A stretch of 64,000 bases of DNA from an uncultured Planctomycetia bacterium (GTDB taxonomy: Bacteria; Omnitrophota; Gorgyraeia; Tantalellales; Tantalellaceae). Shown piece by piece: positions 46,751 to 56,761 of the stretch. Made by a program: the position numbers and the translations under genes. A model generated the notes under the pieces. It was not told the origin of the DNA and made no database searches. It saw only the letters and a list, made by a program, of their open reading frames with translations. The stretch spans positions 21,015-85,014 of the forward strand of contig CAYPCX010000004.1 in the NCBI GenBank assembly GCA_964409365.1. Reading direction: 5' to 3'. Each line of letters starts with the position of its first letter. The first letter of the stretch is position 1.

Positions 46751-48403
46751 ATGCTTAGCAGAAAAATGAAAATGTATTTAAGACAATACAGGACGATCAT
46801 CATCCTCGTCACAGTAGTGGTCATCCTGCTGATACTCGCGGTTATAGGGATGATGTCGCTGGAATCGTTCTACCGGAAGATGACCCTGGCCACGATGCCC
46901 GTACAGTTCATAATGGCTGGCATACACGCCGGCATATTCGTCTTTATGTACCTTACCTTCCTGCGGGGCGGGTTCGCCAAGCTGGACAAGGCCCCGATAA
47001 AAGGGAGGGACGTGTCGATCAGCTGGGAAGACGTTATCGGGATGCAGGATGCGAAGCAGGAAGCCGCCGAGGTAGTCTCGCTCATAAAAGACAGGGCCGG
47101 CGTCCAGAAGATGGGCGGCAGCGTTGTGAAAGGCCTTTTGATGCTCGGCCCCCCGGGATGCGGTAAGACCTACCTGGCCAAGGCCATGGCCACCGAGGCC
47201 AACCTGCCTTTTCTCTCGATGTCGGGAAGCGAGTTTGTGGAGGTGTTCGTCGGCGTGGGCGCTTCGCGCGTCCGCAAACTTTTCAAAAAGGCGCGTGACC
47301 TTGCCTACGGGTACGGCGGGTGCATCATCTTCATCGACGAGATAGACGCGATAGGAAGGTCCAGGACGTTCAGTTTCATGGGCGGGCAGGAGACTAACTC
47401 GACGCTTAACCAGGTCCTTGCCGAGATGGACGGGCTCAAGGGCAAAGAGGAGAACATCGTGGTCATCGGTGCCACGAACGCTCCTGAAGAGCACCTGGAT
47501 CAGGCGCTCCTGAGGCCCGGCCGGTTCGACAGGAAGATAATGATCACCAAGCCCTCCCAGGACGACAGGGCGGACCTTTTTAAATTTTATCTCAACAAGG
47601 TCAAGGCGGAAGAGGATCTTGACGTTGGTCGCCTGGCGCGGCGTGCCGTGGGGAAGAGCCCGGCCGATATCGCCAATATAGTCAAGGAATCCGCGCTAAT
47701 CGCCACCAGGAACAAGAAGACAGCCATAGGGCAGAAGGAGATAAGCGAGGCGTTCGAAAGGGTCGACCTCGGTATAAAATACCGTCTCACGGTGACGCCC
47801 AGGGAAAAGGAGATGACGGCTTATCACGAGTCGGGCCACTTAATAGTGACATATTTGAAAGCGCCTCAAAAAAGCGTTTTTAAGGCCAGCATCATCCCCA
47901 GGAGGGGTGCGCTGGGAGTGGTATGGTCGCCGGAGAAGGAAGAGCTGCATTCAAGAAGCAAGGAACAGCTGCTTTCGGAGATCATGATAGCCCTCGGCGG
48001 ATACGTCGCCGAGAAGATCAAATACGGCACGTCGACGACCGGGGTAAGCAGCGATTTCAAGAAGGCCACGCTGATCGCCCATTCAATGACATGGATGCTG
48101 GGCATGGGAGCTTCGGGTTATGTCGGCGACTATTCGGCGATCCCTAAAGAAGAACTTTCCGAGGAAATAAAACTGGCGCTTAATAAAGATACGAACGCGA
48201 TAGTCACCGGCTGCGTTGAAGAAACGAAAAAGACGCTCGAAGAGAACAAGAAGCTCCTTGACAGGTTCGCCAAGGAACTCCTGGAGAGGGAAGAGCTGGA
48301 ATACGACGAGATAATAGCGATCTTCGAGGAATACGGCTTCAAGGAAACCCCTTATGACGGGGATATGCCGCCGCAGGATCGGAACTGGGATGAAAAAGCG
48401 TAA
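46751..48403 (+). CDS. FtsH-family AAA+ zinc metalloprotease with minimal extracytoplasmic domain
   Basis: 2 TM with short loop; Walker A GPPGCGKT; HESGH zinc motif. Confidence 0.8.
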   Translation: MLSRKMKMYLRQYRTIIILVTVVVILLILAVIGMMSLESFYRKMTLATMPVQFIMAGIHAGIFVFMYLTFLRGGFAKLDKAPIKGRDVSISWEDVIGMQDAKQEAAEVVSLIKDRAGVQKMGGSVVKGLLMLGPPGCGKTYLAKAMATEANLPFLSMSGSEFVEVFVGVGASRVRKLFKKARDLAYGYGGCIIFIDEIDAIGRSRTFSFMGGQETNSTLNQVLAEMDGLKGKEENIVVIGATNAPEEHLDQALLRPGRFDRKIMITKPSQDDRADLFKFYLNKVKAEEDLDVGRLARRAVGKSPADIANIVKESALIATRNKKTAIGQKEISEAFERVDLGIKYRLTVTPREKEMTAYHESGHLIVTYLKAPQKSVFKASIIPRRGALGVVWSPEKEELHSRSKEQLLSEIMIALGGYVAEKIKYGTSTTGVSSDFKKATLIAHSMTWMLGMGASGYVGDYSAIPKEELSEEIKLALNKDTNAIVTGCVEETKKTLEENKKLLDRFAKELLEREELEYDEIIAIFEEYGFKETPYDGDMPPQDRNWDEKA

Positions 48404-49421
48404 AACAAGGATAGAACACGTAACGGTGCTGACCGCCGCGGTGACGTTTTTGGCGGTCGCCGTGCTTTTTCTCCCGGCGTGTGTGCCCACTTATCCCAAA
48501 GAGAAACTCGCCGGTGCCGTCCAATCCGTCTGCAAGACAGAATACAATATGGACGTGGACGTCATCGTGGTGGATTCCACAATGGGCATCTATTACCCCA
48601 TGAAAGGCCTTCTGGACGTGGGTCTGGGCATAAGCGAAAGCGCCTGGGACGAGATAAGCAATCTTATCCTCGTCGCTTCGCGTGTTGTTTTGAGTACGGA
48701 TGCTGATATCAAATTCTACTGTGTGATAACGCAGGACGCAAGACTGCCGGAACTCCAGGTGGTCATAATAAAGTACGTAGAGGACGTGAAACGCGGGATG
48801 TACCGCAACATTTCGAGGAACGAATCGTTCAAGAGAACGCTTTTCAGCATCAACCTCACGCCCCAGGCGAAGAAAGAACGTTCCATAGAGAAGGTCTTCG
48901 ACAAGCTGGGAGTTGAGGATGAGACCCGCCAGAAGGTGCTGAACGAGTTCTTCAGGACCACCCCCACCAAACTAAGCGACATAGGCTACTGGCGCGACAG
49001 GTTCTACCTCAAGGATATTACGATGCCGGAATTCCTGGCGTCGCAGATAGCCAACAGGGTAAAGATAGATTTCAGGGGCGAAAATAAACTGAAAGAGAAC
49101 TTTAATTTTAAATCTTCCGAAGGCACTTATATCTCCGGCGCGGAAGGCGGATTTTTCATGATCAAGTTCAAGATAGCCGACCAGGTGAGCGACGCGGAAC
49201 TGACGAACCCTAAGGTCAAAAAAGTGCAGGAGATATTACATGTAGCCAACGTAGTGTTGACCGGGTACAAGTTCAAGGATTTTGAATACCTGGTCATGGA
49301 TGACCAGCTTGAGAACGCCAGGCTCACGGTCAAAGGCGAGGACGTCTATGATTTCAACCGGAAAAAGCTGGCGGTCAAAGATATCGTGACAGCCCCGGAG
49401 GGTTATTTTTCCAGCATGTAA
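48390..49421 (+). CDS. Hypothetical lipoprotein
   Basis: lipobox LPAC after N-terminal hydrophobic region; no recognisable domain. Confidence 0.5.
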   Translation: MKKRKTRIEHVTVLTAAVTFLAVAVLFLPACVPTYPKEKLAGAVQSVCKTEYNMDVDVIVVDSTMGIYYPMKGLLDVGLGISESAWDEISNLILVASRVVLSTDADIKFYCVITQDARLPELQVVIIKYVEDVKRGMYRNISRNESFKRTLFSINLTPQAKKERSIEKVFDKLGVEDETRQKVLNEFFRTTPTKLSDIGYWRDRFYLKDITMPEFLASQIANRVKIDFRGENKLKENFNFKSSEGTYISGAEGGFFMIKFKIADQVSDAELTNPKVKKVQEILHVANVVLTGYKFKDFEYLVMDDQLENARLTVKGEDVYDFNRKKLAVKDIVTAPEGYFSSM

Positions 49422-49451
49422 ATACTGAAGACAATCGAAGGAGATCATTCG

Positions 49452-50405
49452 ATGGGTGAGGAGAAAGTGGTTAAAAAAGAAGCTACGAGAGACGGTTTCG
49501 GAAAGGGACTGTTGGAACTCGGCCAGACCAATAAAAACGTGGTGGTATTGTCAGCCGACCTTACCGAATCATGCAGGGCTCACTGGTTCAAGGATAAGTA
49601 TCCCGAGAGGTTCGTCAGCCACGGGGTCGCGGAACAGGATATGATAGGGACGGCCGCGGGCCTTGCCCTTTCCGGAAAGATCCCTTTTGCCTGCACGTTC
49701 GGCGCTTTCGCGAGCGGACGGGCATGGGACCAGGTGAGGGTCTCCGTGGCATACATGAACCTTAACGTCAACATAGCGGGCAGCCACGGCGGGATCTCGG
49801 TCGGGGGGGACGGGGCCACGCATCAGGCCATCGAGGAGATATCCCTGATGAGGATACTTCCCAACATGACGGTCGTCGTCCCGGCTGACTCGGACGAAGC
49901 TTGCCAGGCTACCAAGCAGGCCACAGAGATACAGGGGCCCGTTTATCTCAGGTTGGGCCGGGCTCCCGTGCCTTTTCTTGAAAAGAAGGCTCCTTTCAGG
50001 ATAGGCAAGGCGGAGGTTCTGACAGAAGGAATGGACCTTACCATAATCGCATGCGGACATATGGTCTTCAAGGCGGTCGAGGCGGCGGAACGGCTGAAGT
50101 CAAAGAACATAAACGCAAGGGTAATAAATCTCCATACCCCCAAACCCATAGATGAAGAAACCATTGTGAAAGCTGCCGAGGAAACGGGCGCTGTCCTGAC
50201 CGTAGAAGAGCACACTGTCTATGGCGGTATGGGAAGCGCCGTTGCCGAGGTCCTTGTGGAAAGAAAGCCCGTTCCGATGAGGTTCATGGGGATAAGGGAC
50301 CAGTTCGGCGTAAGCGGTAAACCGGACGAGCTTTTCAAACACTTTGGATTGACCACGGATGATATAGCGCGCGAAGCGGAAGAACTCCTGAAGAAAAAAA
50401 CATGA
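49452..50405 (+). CDS. Transketolase, C-terminal (pyrimidine-binding) subunit
   Basis: transketolase Pyr and C-terminal domain motifs; ~317 aa. Confidence 0.9.
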   Translation: MGEEKVVKKEATRDGFGKGLLELGQTNKNVVVLSADLTESCRAHWFKDKYPERFVSHGVAEQDMIGTAAGLALSGKIPFACTFGAFASGRAWDQVRVSVAYMNLNVNIAGSHGGISVGGDGATHQAIEEISLMRILPNMTVVVPADSDEACQATKQATEIQGPVYLRLGRAPVPFLEKKAPFRIGKAEVLTEGMDLTIIACGHMVFKAVEAAERLKSKNINARVINLHTPKPIDEETIVKAAEETGAVLTVEEHTVYGGMGSAVAEVLVERKPVPMRFMGIRDQFGVSGKPDELFKHFGLTTDDIAREAEELLKKKT

Positions 50406-51262
50406 TCCTGACCGCACCCGCCAAGGTAAATCTTTACCTTAGAGTCATCTCGCGCAGAGAAGATGGTTATCACGAGATAGAGACCCTGTTCGAAAGGGTC
50501 TCCCTTTTTGACCGCGTTTCGATCGAGCCTGCAGAGGACAGAACAATAATATCCTGCGATGACGAAAAGGTCCCTACGGACGGCGACAGCCTGATGGCAC
50601 GGACGGTGGACGCTTTCAGGGACCGGACCGGCGAGAAAGGCCATTTCCGGATCGGTTTGGAGAAAAATATACCCGTGAGCGCCGGCCTGGGAGGAGGGTC
50701 AAGCGATGCCGCGGCGCTGCTTAAAGGGCTTAACGAGCTGACCGGTTCGCCTCTCGAAGATAATAGCCTGCGGGATATCGGGGCCGTCCTGGGAGCGGAT
50801 ATACCGTTTTTCCTGAGTGATTGCAGTTTTGCCCTGGGGACGGGCCGCGGCGACGTGATCAGCGTAGTGGATACAGAGACCAGTATCCGGCATATCATCG
50901 TCACTCCCCCCTTTGGGGTATCCACAAAGGATATATATGATAAGGCGTCCGCTTTTGACTTGACAGAAGAAAGGGGCGTTGATAGAATAATCACCGCTTT
51001 TCTGAAAGAAAATGACGCAAAGAACATAGCCGAAAATCTTCGTAACGATTTACAACAAATAGTATTACGAGATTTCCCGGTGCTTGAAGAGGTTATTTCC
51101 GAATTGAGGGAAGCGGGGGCGCAAGGGGTGCTTTTGTCCGGAAGCGGCCCCACTGTTTTCGGTATATTCGGCCGAACGGAAGCCATTCAAGCGGAAAAGC
51201 TCATCAGACAGGCGTTCAGGGCAGAAGAAGGCTGGCGCATTTTTGCAGCTAAGACGTGCTGA
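50402..51262 (+). CDS. ispE: 4-diphosphocytidyl-2-C-methyl-D-erythritol kinase
   Basis: APAKVNLYLRV N-terminus; GHMP kinase motif PVSAGLGGGSSDAAA. Confidence 0.9.
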   Translation: MILTAPAKVNLYLRVISRREDGYHEIETLFERVSLFDRVSIEPAEDRTIISCDDEKVPTDGDSLMARTVDAFRDRTGEKGHFRIGLEKNIPVSAGLGGGSSDAAALLKGLNELTGSPLEDNSLRDIGAVLGADIPFFLSDCSFALGTGRGDVISVVDTETSIRHIIVTPPFGVSTKDIYDKASAFDLTEERGVDRIITAFLKENDAKNIAENLRNDLQQIVLRDFPVLEEVISELREAGAQGVLLSGSGPTVFGIFGRTEAIQAEKLIRQAFRAEEGWRIFAAKTC

Positions 51263-51298
51263 TAGCGGATCATACGCATCCACAGAAAGGAGAATGAT

Positions 51299-51820
51299 AT
51301 GCAGATCACGGAAGTCAGGATATTCCCCACGGAGAGCAAGGACGGCAAGCTGAAGGCGTTCGCTACCATGACCTTCGACGACTGGTTTGTTGTCCGGAAC
51401 GTCAAGATCATACAGGGGAACAACGGGCTTTTTGTGGCGATGCCTTCCAGAAAGGCCATGGACCCCTGTCCCAAGTGCAGGTTCAAGAACGCAAGAGGGA
51501 GCAAATACTGCAACCAGTGCGGCGGGCCCTTGCCCCAGCAGGAGGCGCAGGAAGACAGGGGAAAAAAGGGGCAGGGCGCTCATATGGACGTGGCCCATCC
51601 CGTAACTCAGGACTGCAGGGTGTATATACAGGAAAAGATACTTGCGGCTTACAACAGCGAGAAAGACAGGCAAAAGGCGGAAGGAAGCGCGTATAGGCCC
51701 GCGAGCGAAGCGGACCTTGACGCGGTGGTCGATAAGCTTTCCACCGACGGTAAGGTTGCCCCCGGAGGCGAAGGCATCGGGCCCGGCGATGTGGACGAGG
51801 CGCAAGATATAGAATTGTGA
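51299..51820 (+). CDS. spoVG: SpoVG-family protein with C-terminal zinc-ribbon extension
   Basis: MQITEVRIFP...FVVRNVKIIQGNNGLFVAMPS matches SpoVG; extra CPKC...CNQC tail. Confidence 0.85.
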   Translation: MQITEVRIFPTESKDGKLKAFATMTFDDWFVVRNVKIIQGNNGLFVAMPSRKAMDPCPKCRFKNARGSKYCNQCGGPLPQQEAQEDRGKKGQGAHMDVAHPVTQDCRVYIQEKILAAYNSEKDRQKAEGSAYRPASEADLDAVVDKLSTDGKVAPGGEGIGPGDVDEAQDIEL

Positions 51821-51844
51821 TTTTTGAGAATGCTGATCCCGCGG

Positions 51845-51918
51845 TGGCGGGTAGTGTAACGGTAGCACAGCAGCTTTTGGAGCTGCGCGTCAAGGTTCGA
51901 ATCCTTGCCCGCCAGCCA
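51845..51918 (+). tRNA. tRNA-Gln (TTG)
   Basis: cloverleaf; anticodon loop CTTTTGGAG; GGTTCGAATCC T-loop; CCA encoded. Confidence 0.85.
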
Positions 51919-52116
51919 GCGTGATGAGGTTTTAACGAGTATCGGCATGGAATTGTGCAGCGAGGATTCGAAGGGAGCTGCCGAGCCGAAAATAGGGAGC
52001 CGCGACGAGCAGGAGCGGCGACAACAACCGAGGCAGCGGGTGGCCGACCGGAGGGCGAAAATGTTTTCTGGCACGAGCGGTAGTGAGGGACGGTAAGAGA
52101 AGAAAAGCCCGCAGGC

Positions 52117-52139
52117 GCCGAATCCTTGCCCGCCAGCCA
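52117..52139 (+). repeat. 23-nt direct repeat of tRNA-Gln 3' end (att-like)
   Basis: cgaatccttgcccgccagccagc identical to 51896..51918(+gc). Confidence 0.8.
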
Positions 52140-52306
52140 GCAAATTGCGCTGTGCGCAATTTGCAGAGTATTCGAGATTCGAAAGTCGACAGTCGGAGAG
52201 AATAGAGAATCAAGAATACGGTCGAATTTCGATTATCGATTTCTCGGGAAACAATATCAAAGAACACAACAGAGCTTTTCGGCAGGTTCGATTCTAGAGA
52301 GGCATT

Positions 52307-53563
52307 ATGGAGAACATGACAGTTGTAATACTCGCGGCTGGATTGGGTACCAGGATGAAGACGGATATCCCCAAGGCGCTTCATCCGCTGTCGTCCGGGA
52401 CTATTATGGGAAAAATAGTCTCGAACCTGAAAAATGCCGGCGCGACCGACATGGTCGCGGTCGTAGGTTACAAGGCGGATCAGGTGGAAGAACGTTTCAA
52501 GGGAGAAATGAGGTTCGTCAGGCAGAAAGAGCTCCTCGGCAGCGGCGACGCTCTTGCGGCCGCCCTTAAATCCGTGCCTGAAGACAGGGGAGATGTCCTC
52601 GTCACGTGCGGGGATACACCGCTGATAACGGATACCACGTACAAGTTCCTTGTGAAGTCTCACCTGGGCGAGGAAGCGTCGTGCACTCTTTTGACCTGCA
52701 GGACGAGCGATCCTTATTCATACGGCAGGATAGTGAGAGATGATAGCGGCAAGGTGCTTAAGATAGTCGAGGAAAAGGACGCCTCCGAGGATGAAAAGAA
52801 GATCACGGAGATCAACGTCGGCACTTATTGTTTCCGCGTGTCCGATCTGAAAGAGTATATCCGTGGAATAGAGATGAACCAGAAGAAGAAAGAGTTCTAT
52901 CTCACGGATATCGTGGATATCCTTACTAAAAATGGGAAAAGGATAGTTACGCACAGCTGTGACCCGGAGGAAGCCATCGGGGTGAACTCGAGGAAAGACC
53001 TGGCCGAGGCCAACAAAGCGGTGAACAGACGGACGCTGGAAAAACTCATGGATTCCGGCGTGACCATCATGGATCCGGAGACCACTTACATAGACGATTC
53101 CGTTGCGATCGGGAAGGACACGGTCATATTCCCGTGCACGGTCATAGAAAATGACGTGGTAATAGCCGGCAGGTGCAAGATAGGCCCTTTTGCGCGCCTC
53201 AGGCCCGGCACGAAATTGTCCGAAGGCGTGGAAGTGGGCAATTACGCGGAACTCTGCCGGACAGAGGTCGGCAAGAACACGAAAATAAAGCACCAGTCAT
53301 ACCTGGGCGATACGGTGGTCGGCTCGGGCGTGAACATAGGGGCCGGGGTCATTACGGCCAATTATGACGGGAAGAATAAACACCGCACGGTGATCGAAGA
53401 TGCCGCTTTCATCGGGGTAGGCGTGATGCTGGTCGCCCCCGTGAAGATAGGAAAAGGCGCTGTTGTCGGGGCGGGCAGTGTCGTTACCAAGAATAAGGAC
53501 GTTCCCCCGGGAGTGACGGTCATAGGGATACCGGCGAGACCCCTTGTTTCCAGCAAAAAATAA
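52307..53563 (+). CDS. glmU: Bifunctional UDP-GlcNAc pyrophosphorylase / GlcN-1-P acetyltransferase
   Basis: VVILAAGLGTRMK nucleotidyltransferase motif + C-terminal left-handed beta-helix hexapeptide repeats. Confidence 0.85.
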   Translation: MENMTVVILAAGLGTRMKTDIPKALHPLSSGTIMGKIVSNLKNAGATDMVAVVGYKADQVEERFKGEMRFVRQKELLGSGDALAAALKSVPEDRGDVLVTCGDTPLITDTTYKFLVKSHLGEEASCTLLTCRTSDPYSYGRIVRDDSGKVLKIVEEKDASEDEKKITEINVGTYCFRVSDLKEYIRGIEMNQKKKEFYLTDIVDILTKNGKRIVTHSCDPEEAIGVNSRKDLAEANKAVNRRTLEKLMDSGVTIMDPETTYIDDSVAIGKDTVIFPCTVIENDVVIAGRCKIGPFARLRPGTKLSEGVEVGNYAELCRTEVGKNTKIKHQSYLGDTVVGSGVNIGAGVITANYDGKNKHRTVIEDAAFIGVGVMLVAPVKIGKGAVVGAGSVVTKNKDVPPGVTVIGIPARPLVSSKK

Positions 53564-53574
53564 GGAGATGTGCC

Positions 53575-54510
53575 ATGGATAAACTGACGATTTTCAGCGG
53601 GAACGCCAATCCCGCCCTGGCGAGGAAGATATGCGAGAACATGGGCGTGGAACCGGGAGATATAGAAGTGGCGAGGTTCCGCGACGGTGAAACGCGGGTC
53701 AAGATAAGAGAGAACGTCAGAGGCAAGGATGTGTTCGTGGTACAGTCTACGTGCTTTCCCGCGAACGAGAACCTGATGGAACTGCTGATAATGCTGGATG
53801 CCATAAAACGCGCTTCCGCGCAGAGGATAACGGCTGTCCTGCCTTATTTCGGGTACGCCCGGCAGGACCGCAAGGACCAGCCGAGAGTGCCGATAACGGC
53901 AAAACTCGTGGCTAACCTGTTGAGCAGGGCGGGAGCGAACAGGATATTGACCATAGACCTCCATGCCGGTCAGATACAGGGCTTCTTCGACATGCCCATG
54001 GACCATCTGTACGCCGTGAGCATATTTCAGCAATACTTCGAGCGGAAAAAATTGAAGGACATAGTGATCGTTTCTCCGGATGTAGGAGGCATAAAGATGG
54101 CCAGGGCCTATGCTAAAAGGTTCAGGGCGGGGCTGGCTATCGTGGATAAACGCCGGATAAACGACGAAGCCGCCGAGGTCATGCATATAATGGGCGACGT
54201 GGAAGGGAAGAACGTGCTTCTGGTGGATGATATGGTGGCTACGGCGGGGAGCCTCGTGGAGGCCACCGGCGCGCTAAAGAAAAACGGCGCGAGAGATATC
54301 TACGCCGCGATAACGCACCCGGTGCTGTGCGGTCCGGCCCTGGAAAGATTGGGATCTTCCCAGGTAAAGGAACTGGTCGTGACTGATACTATACCGATGG
54401 ACAAGGATAAGTTCCTGAAGAACATAAAACAGCTTTCGGTGGCGGAGCTTCTGGCGGAGGCTATAAGAAGGATACACAACGAGGAATCCATAAGCGCCTT
54501 GTTTGAATAA
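53575..54510 (+). CDS. prs: Ribose-phosphate pyrophosphokinase
   Basis: canonical PRPP synthetase motifs (DLHAGQIQGFFD, VLLVDDMVATAGS). Confidence 0.95.
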   Translation: MDKLTIFSGNANPALARKICENMGVEPGDIEVARFRDGETRVKIRENVRGKDVFVVQSTCFPANENLMELLIMLDAIKRASAQRITAVLPYFGYARQDRKDQPRVPITAKLVANLLSRAGANRILTIDLHAGQIQGFFDMPMDHLYAVSIFQQYFERKKLKDIVIVSPDVGGIKMARAYAKRFRAGLAIVDKRRINDEAAEVMHIMGDVEGKNVLLVDDMVATAGSLVEATGALKKNGARDIYAAITHPVLCGPALERLGSSQVKELVVTDTIPMDKDKFLKNIKQLSVAELLAEAIRRIHNEESISALFE

Positions 54511-54630
54511 CAGAAGACAGAGGACAGAGAACAGAAGACAGATAACAGAAAACAGATCATAGTATCTTTTAACATCAAACACCTAATATCTGACTTCTGA
54601 ATTCTGACATCTGACGTCTGATTTCTGAAA
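54511..54630. repeat. (CAGANNA)x6 and inverted (TCTGANN)x6 heptad arrays between prs and rplY
   Basis: read in sequence; arrays are mutual reverse complements. Confidence 0.85.
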
Positions 54631-54649
54631 AAGAGGGAAGGTGGTATAG

Positions 54650-55366
54650 ATGGAAAAGGTGGTATTGAAAGCGTTAGTTAGAGAAGGCGTGGGGAAAAGC
54701 GCCTGTAAGCACCTGAGGAAAGACGGCAGGATACCGGCGGTGGTGTATAAGGACGGCAAGCGCGGCCTCGGCATCCAGGTCGACAACAAAGACCTGTGGC
54801 ACGCACTGCATACCGAAGCCGGGGAGAACGTCATCATCACGATGAACATCTCGGGCGGCGACAAACCGGCCAAAAAAACGGTGATAGTGAAGGATATCCA
54901 GGTAGACCCGATCAATGAAAAATTCCTCCATGTGGATTTCAAGGAGATCTCTCTGAAAGATAAACTGAAGGTAAAAGTACCTGTTATCGTCAAGGGTGAA
55001 GCCGCAGGCGTGAAGGAAGAAGAAGGCGTTTTAAGCCAGATCCTGTGGGAGATCGAGGTAGAGTGTCTGCCGACCGAGATACCCGAACATATCGAGGTTC
55101 ACGTGGAAGACCTGCACATTAACGACTCTATCCATGTCAGGGACATAAAGATCGAGGGAAATATCCAGGTCCTTGATGACCCGGAACAGCCGGTAGTGAC
55201 CGTTTCCCCGCCGATGAAAGAAGAGGAAGAGGTTGTGGCCGAAGTACCGGGAGAAGAGGCGGAAGAGCCGGAAGTTATCAAGAAAGGCAAGAAAGAGGAA
55301 GAAGAAGCTCCCGAAGAGGAAGCAGCCGGTGGTGCCGGTGGCGGCAGGGAAGAGGCAGAAAGCTGA
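54650..55366 (+). CDS. rplY: Ribosomal protein bL25 / general stress protein Ctc with acidic C-terminal tail
   Basis: L25/Ctc N-terminal motif RKDGRIPAVVY; long E/K-rich tail. Confidence 0.9.
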   Translation: MEKVVLKALVREGVGKSACKHLRKDGRIPAVVYKDGKRGLGIQVDNKDLWHALHTEAGENVIITMNISGGDKPAKKTVIVKDIQVDPINEKFLHVDFKEISLKDKLKVKVPVIVKGEAAGVKEEEGVLSQILWEIEVECLPTEIPEHIEVHVEDLHINDSIHVRDIKIEGNIQVLDDPEQPVVTVSPPMKEEEEVVAEVPGEEAEEPEVIKKGKKEEEEAPEEEAAGGAGGGREEAES

Positions 55367-55368
55367 TA

Positions 55369-55926
55369 ATGAAGATCATCATAGGGCTCGGCAACCCGGG
55401 CCTGAGGTACAGGAACACCCGGCACAACGTCGGTTTTTTTGTCATAAGAACGCTTGCTAAAAGGCACGGGATAAACATCAGGAAAAAGGGCTTCGGAGGC
55501 CGCCGCGGCACGGGACGTATCGGGGGCCGGGAGGTCATGTTGTTCGAGCCTTTGACGTATATGAACCTTTCCGGGGAAGCGGTGAAAGCCGTCTGTTCCT
55601 CCCGCCTGGGCGACCGTGAAGATCTTCTGGTCATCAGTGACGATGTGAACCTGCCGCTGGGGAGTATACGGCTGAGGCAGAAAGGGTCCGCAGGCGGACA
55701 TAACGGGCTCCAGTCCATTATAGATCTCTGGGGCCCCGATTTCGCCAGATTGAGGGTCGGAATAGGACGGGAAGGCGCAATGGCGGACATGACCGGTTAT
55801 GTGCTTTCCTCTTTCCCGCGCGGGGAAAGGGCGGCCCTTGAAAAAGCGGTACAGGCCGCGTCAGATTGCGCGGAAATATGGCTGAAAGAGGGCGTGAAAA
55901 CGGCCATGAGCAGCTGTAATAGTTAG
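55369..55926 (+). CDS. pth: Peptidyl-tRNA hydrolase
   Basis: IIGLGNPG...RHNVGF signature. Confidence 0.95.
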   Translation: MKIIIGLGNPGLRYRNTRHNVGFFVIRTLAKRHGINIRKKGFGGRRGTGRIGGREVMLFEPLTYMNLSGEAVKAVCSSRLGDREDLLVISDDVNLPLGSIRLRQKGSAGGHNGLQSIIDLWGPDFARLRVGIGREGAMADMTGYVLSSFPRGERAALEKAVQAASDCAEIWLKEGVKTAMSSCNS

Positions 55927-55997
55927 CGTATATATAATAGTTGAATAAACAAAAGGGTTGTGTTATCATCTAACAAACAAATTCGATAGGTAAAAAC

Positions 55998-56288
55998 ATG
56001 GATGAGGCCAGATCGTATTTAGGAGTGTTTATAATCGCTCCCGAGAAGGAAGAGTCGATAGACGAGGTGCGAAAGAGCATAAGTTCTGTTATCGGCGACA
56101 ATTCCGGGAACGTGACGGAAGAGACCCTTAAGGGTAAGAGAAGACTGTCTTACCCCGTCAAGAAGAAGGCGGAGGGTATCTACTACGAGGTGGTCTTCAG
56201 CGCGGATCCCGGTGTCATAGCCAAGATAAAACGCCAGTGTGAGATCAAAGCGGACATTCTGAGAGTGCTGATAGACAGCAAAAAATAG
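55998..56288 (+). CDS. rpsF: Ribosomal protein bS6
   Basis: S6 fold motifs; conserved S6-ssb-S18-L9 gene order. Confidence 0.85.
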   Translation: MDEARSYLGVFIIAPEKEESIDEVRKSISSVIGDNSGNVTEETLKGKRRLSYPVKKKAEGIYYEVVFSADPGVIAKIKRQCEIKADILRVLIDSKK

Positions 56289-56299
56289 GAGGAGCCGTC

Positions 56300-56749
56300 A
56301 TGGCTGCCAGTCTGAACAAGGTCTTCTTGATGGGAAATCTGACCAGGGACCCGGAGCTGAGGTATGTGCCCAGCGGGACCGCTGTCGCCAACTTTACTAT
56401 TGCCGTTAACCGGCCTTACAAGGATTCTTCCGGCGAGAAGAAGGAAGAGGTCTCCTTTATAAGGGTGGTCGTTTGGGGCAAGATGGCGGAAGTCTGCGGT
56501 GAGTATCTTGCAAAAGGCAGGCCGGTGCTGGTGGAAGGGCGCCTTAAGACAAGATCATGGGAAGGGCAGGACGGCCAGAAACGGAGCACCATGGAAGTGG
56601 TGGCGACCAGCGTACAGTTCATAGGCGCCAGGGCGAGGGGCGAAGCGCAGCAAAGGCCCGCTGCCGGGGCGGCCGTGAACGAAACGTACGGAGAAGTAGA
56701 GTCGATAGATATGGACCAGCAAACCGGGGGAGAAGAGATCCCGTTTTAA
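56300..56749 (+). CDS. ssb: Single-stranded DNA-binding protein
   Basis: LNKVFLMGNLTRDPELRY OB-fold start; C-terminal acidic EEIPF tail. Confidence 0.95.
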   Translation: MAASLNKVFLMGNLTRDPELRYVPSGTAVANFTIAVNRPYKDSSGEKKEEVSFIRVVVWGKMAEVCGEYLAKGRPVLVEGRLKTRSWEGQDGQKRSTMEVVATSVQFIGARARGEAQQRPAAGAAVNETYGEVESIDMDQQTGGEEIPF

Positions 56750-56761
56750 GTAATGAGGTGA

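Noticed and set aside
51387-51605. Multiple overlapping small ORFs in three frames across spoVG
   Set aside because: The in-frame SpoVG match is unambiguous. The others are off-frame or antisense artefacts of the GC-rich 3' extension.
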